DNA of 64,000 nt from IMG/VR virus record IMGVR_UViG_3300021963_000030; one strand, written 5' to 3'. Source of the stretch: a virus. A program made the translations under genes and the position numbers. A model generated the notes under the pieces. It had not been told where the DNA came from. It did no database searches and was given only the letters and a program-made list of their open reading frames with translations. Shown piece after piece: positions 62,809-64,000 of this stretch (the first letter of the stretch is position 1; the number at the start of each line of letters is the position of its first letter).

Positions 62809-63029
62809 GGTTTTTTATCCTTGGATTTTGAAAGTTGAAACGGCTGATTATAGCTAAGCTGTTGAACGACACTCTCGCTAATTTCATTACGAAAAGTGTC
62901 ATCCTCAATATACTTTTCAAGACACTTATTTACAAAGTCTTGAAACGATATACGTGCTCGCACATTTATTTCCTTGAACTGAGTATATAACTCGTTGTCA
63001 AGTTTTACTGTAGTAACAAATTGTTCCAT
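62805..63029 (-). CDS. Ribbon-helix-helix-like small regulator
   Basis: TTVKLDNELYTQFKEI...SFQDFVNKCLEKY. Confidence 0.6.
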   Translation of the reverse strand: MEQFVTTVKLDNELYTQFKEINVRARISFQDFVNKCLEKYIEDDTFRNEISESVVQQLSYNQPFQLSKSKDKKP

Positions 63030-63077
63030 AACATATTAACATATATACATATGTGAATATGCCAGGTTTGTTAATTT

Positions 63078-63962
63078 TTATTTGGTAGCTTTGCCGTCAC
63101 ATGCTTTCTTGTAGTGGATACAATACTTGCAGTTCTTTTTCGCATTGCCTGGAATCTTAGGATACTGATTATCCACATTATAAGATCCATCAGGTTTGAA
63201 CCCATGATCCAAGAATTCAATGAAGTTATTGATAGATTCTTTGATATGATTTGAGCTATGCGGTGGGATAAACACCTGAATTCTGCTTTGAGGGAAACTT
63301 ACATTCTCAAGCAACTTACGTTTAACAATGAAGAATTCAACGTCAATTGACTCCAACGGAACATTGAATTTCTTACTGTATACGCTTTTATACAAATGAA
63401 GCTGGGCATACTTACTCTCATCTTCTTTCTGGTATTTATTCCAACCTTGGGTGCTTGTCTTGAAGTCAATGATACGGTATTTCTCTTTGTTTACTTCTTT
63501 GAGAACAATATCAATAAACCCGACAAACTCCACGTTGTTTTTCAGAGGAATTTCCAACGGAACTTCAATACCAATCAGTTCATAATCCTTTGCAGGAAAA
63601 TACTTGAGTCGATTAGCAGTCTTACAGAATGTATTGATAATGTCTTGACCATCAAAACAAAAATCGGTGAACTCTTCTTCGTTATAATCTTCAGGCTTCA
63701 ACTTTTTGATTTCCTCGTTGAATTTATCCAAAAAGATTTTATTGAGATTGAGTGAATCAGCCTCAGTTACGCTTTTCTTATAGAGAATATCCAGATAGGT
63801 TTGAAACACATGATGAATTGCGGTTCCAAATGTGGTATTAATGTTATCATCTCTAACCCTAAGATTCTTGACATAATCCAAATACCATTTATGAGGACAT
63901 TTCAAAAACGTTGAGTATTGACTAAAACTTACTCTATTCTTTTTTATTTCTTGATCAGACAT
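63078..63962 (-). CDS. Cas4/RecB-like PD-(D/E)xK exonuclease
   Basis: Start probably ATG 63962 (MSDQEI). SFSQ...KCPHKW, FGTAIH, E...GFIDIV...IIDFKT, CKYC...C. Confidence 0.85.
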   Translation of the reverse strand: MSDQEIKKNRVSFSQYSTFLKCPHKWYLDYVKNLRVRDDNINTTFGTAIHHVFQTYLDILYKKSVTEADSLNLNKIFLDKFNEEIKKLKPEDYNEEEFTDFCFDGQDIINTFCKTANRLKYFPAKDYELIGIEVPLEIPLKNNVEFVGFIDIVLKEVNKEKYRIIDFKTSTQGWNKYQKEDESKYAQLHLYKSVYSKKFNVPLESIDVEFFIVKRKLLENVSFPQSRIQVFIPPHSSNHIKESINNFIEFLDHGFKPDGSYNVDNQYPKIPGNAKKNCKYCIHYKKACDGKATK

Positions 63963-63968
63963 GTTATC

Positions 63969-63996
63969 ATGATACACTATAACCTACAACTGTCAA
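63969..63996 (-). promoter_or_regulatory. Sigma70-like promoter of the minus-strand operon, probably leaderless
   Basis: Reverse complement TTGACA-N16-TATCAT, 6 nt before ATG(63962). Confidence 0.55.
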
Positions 63997-64000
63997 TTTA

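Noticed and set aside
1107-63755. Numerous 60-270 aa antisense or alternate-frame ORFs in the track (e.g. 25150-25710, 42294-43034, 48478-49284)
   Set aside because: They lie fully within well-supported genes, show no motifs, and are explained by codon bias on the opposite strand.
63078-63962. Cas4-like nuclease as part of a CRISPR system
   Set aside because: No repeat-spacer array or other cas genes in the window; solo Cas4-like exonucleases are common in phages.
1-64000. Alternative genetic code (TAG/TGA reassignment) as in some large phages
   Set aside because: Long conserved genes (nrdA, nrdB, uvsX, helicase) are intact in code 11, and TAG and TGA act as real stops, often in ATGA overlaps.
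1-64000. tRNA or rRNA genes
   Set aside because: Intergenic gaps are short, and none shows a cloverleaf with T-loop GTTCRA and acceptor stem.

Overview
A 64-kb, AT-rich, very gene-dense piece of a large contractile-tailed dsDNA phage with distantly T4-like modules. It uses standard code 11. From left to right it holds: (1) a partial Mom-like DNA-modification gene; (2) a block of putative head-internal enzymes, several starting with a shared N-terminal peptide M-(I/V)-(K/R)-(F/L)-x-D-(I/L)-(L/I)-x-E (Pol-beta nucleotidyltransferase, PGDYG protein, ART-like/Nudix fusion), with a 2H phosphoesterase, a P-loop kinase and a HAD enzyme among them; (3) a 1563-aa fibre protein with three LamG-lectin cassettes; (4) neck, tail-terminator, tail-tube, baseplate and tape-measure genes, including a start-less ORF behind a U7 slippery site; (5) a replication block (minimal PolA-like protein, SSB, RecA/UvsX, 5'-3' exonuclease, DnaB-like helicase, class Ia nrdAB); (6) a MoxR-VWA pair, a DUF4338/DruA-like gene, UV endonuclease, clamp-loader small subunit and dNMP kinase; (7) a minus-strand operon of about six glycosyltransferases with an NDP-sugar dehydrogenase, dUTPase and a Cas4-like nuclease. 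Two promoter-like motif classes are visible (TTGACA-N16/17-TAnnnT and TATTTAT), often placed so that mRNAs would be leaderless. I found no tRNA, CRISPR array, intron, intein or transposase, and no capsid, portal, terminase or sheath gene in this window. Best candidates for new biology: a capsid-targeting-peptide system delivering a nucleotide/NAD/RNA-end-modifying payload, the ART-Nudix fusion, a +1 frameshift tail chaperone and the glycosylation operon. All family calls come from reading motifs by eye; no searches were run.
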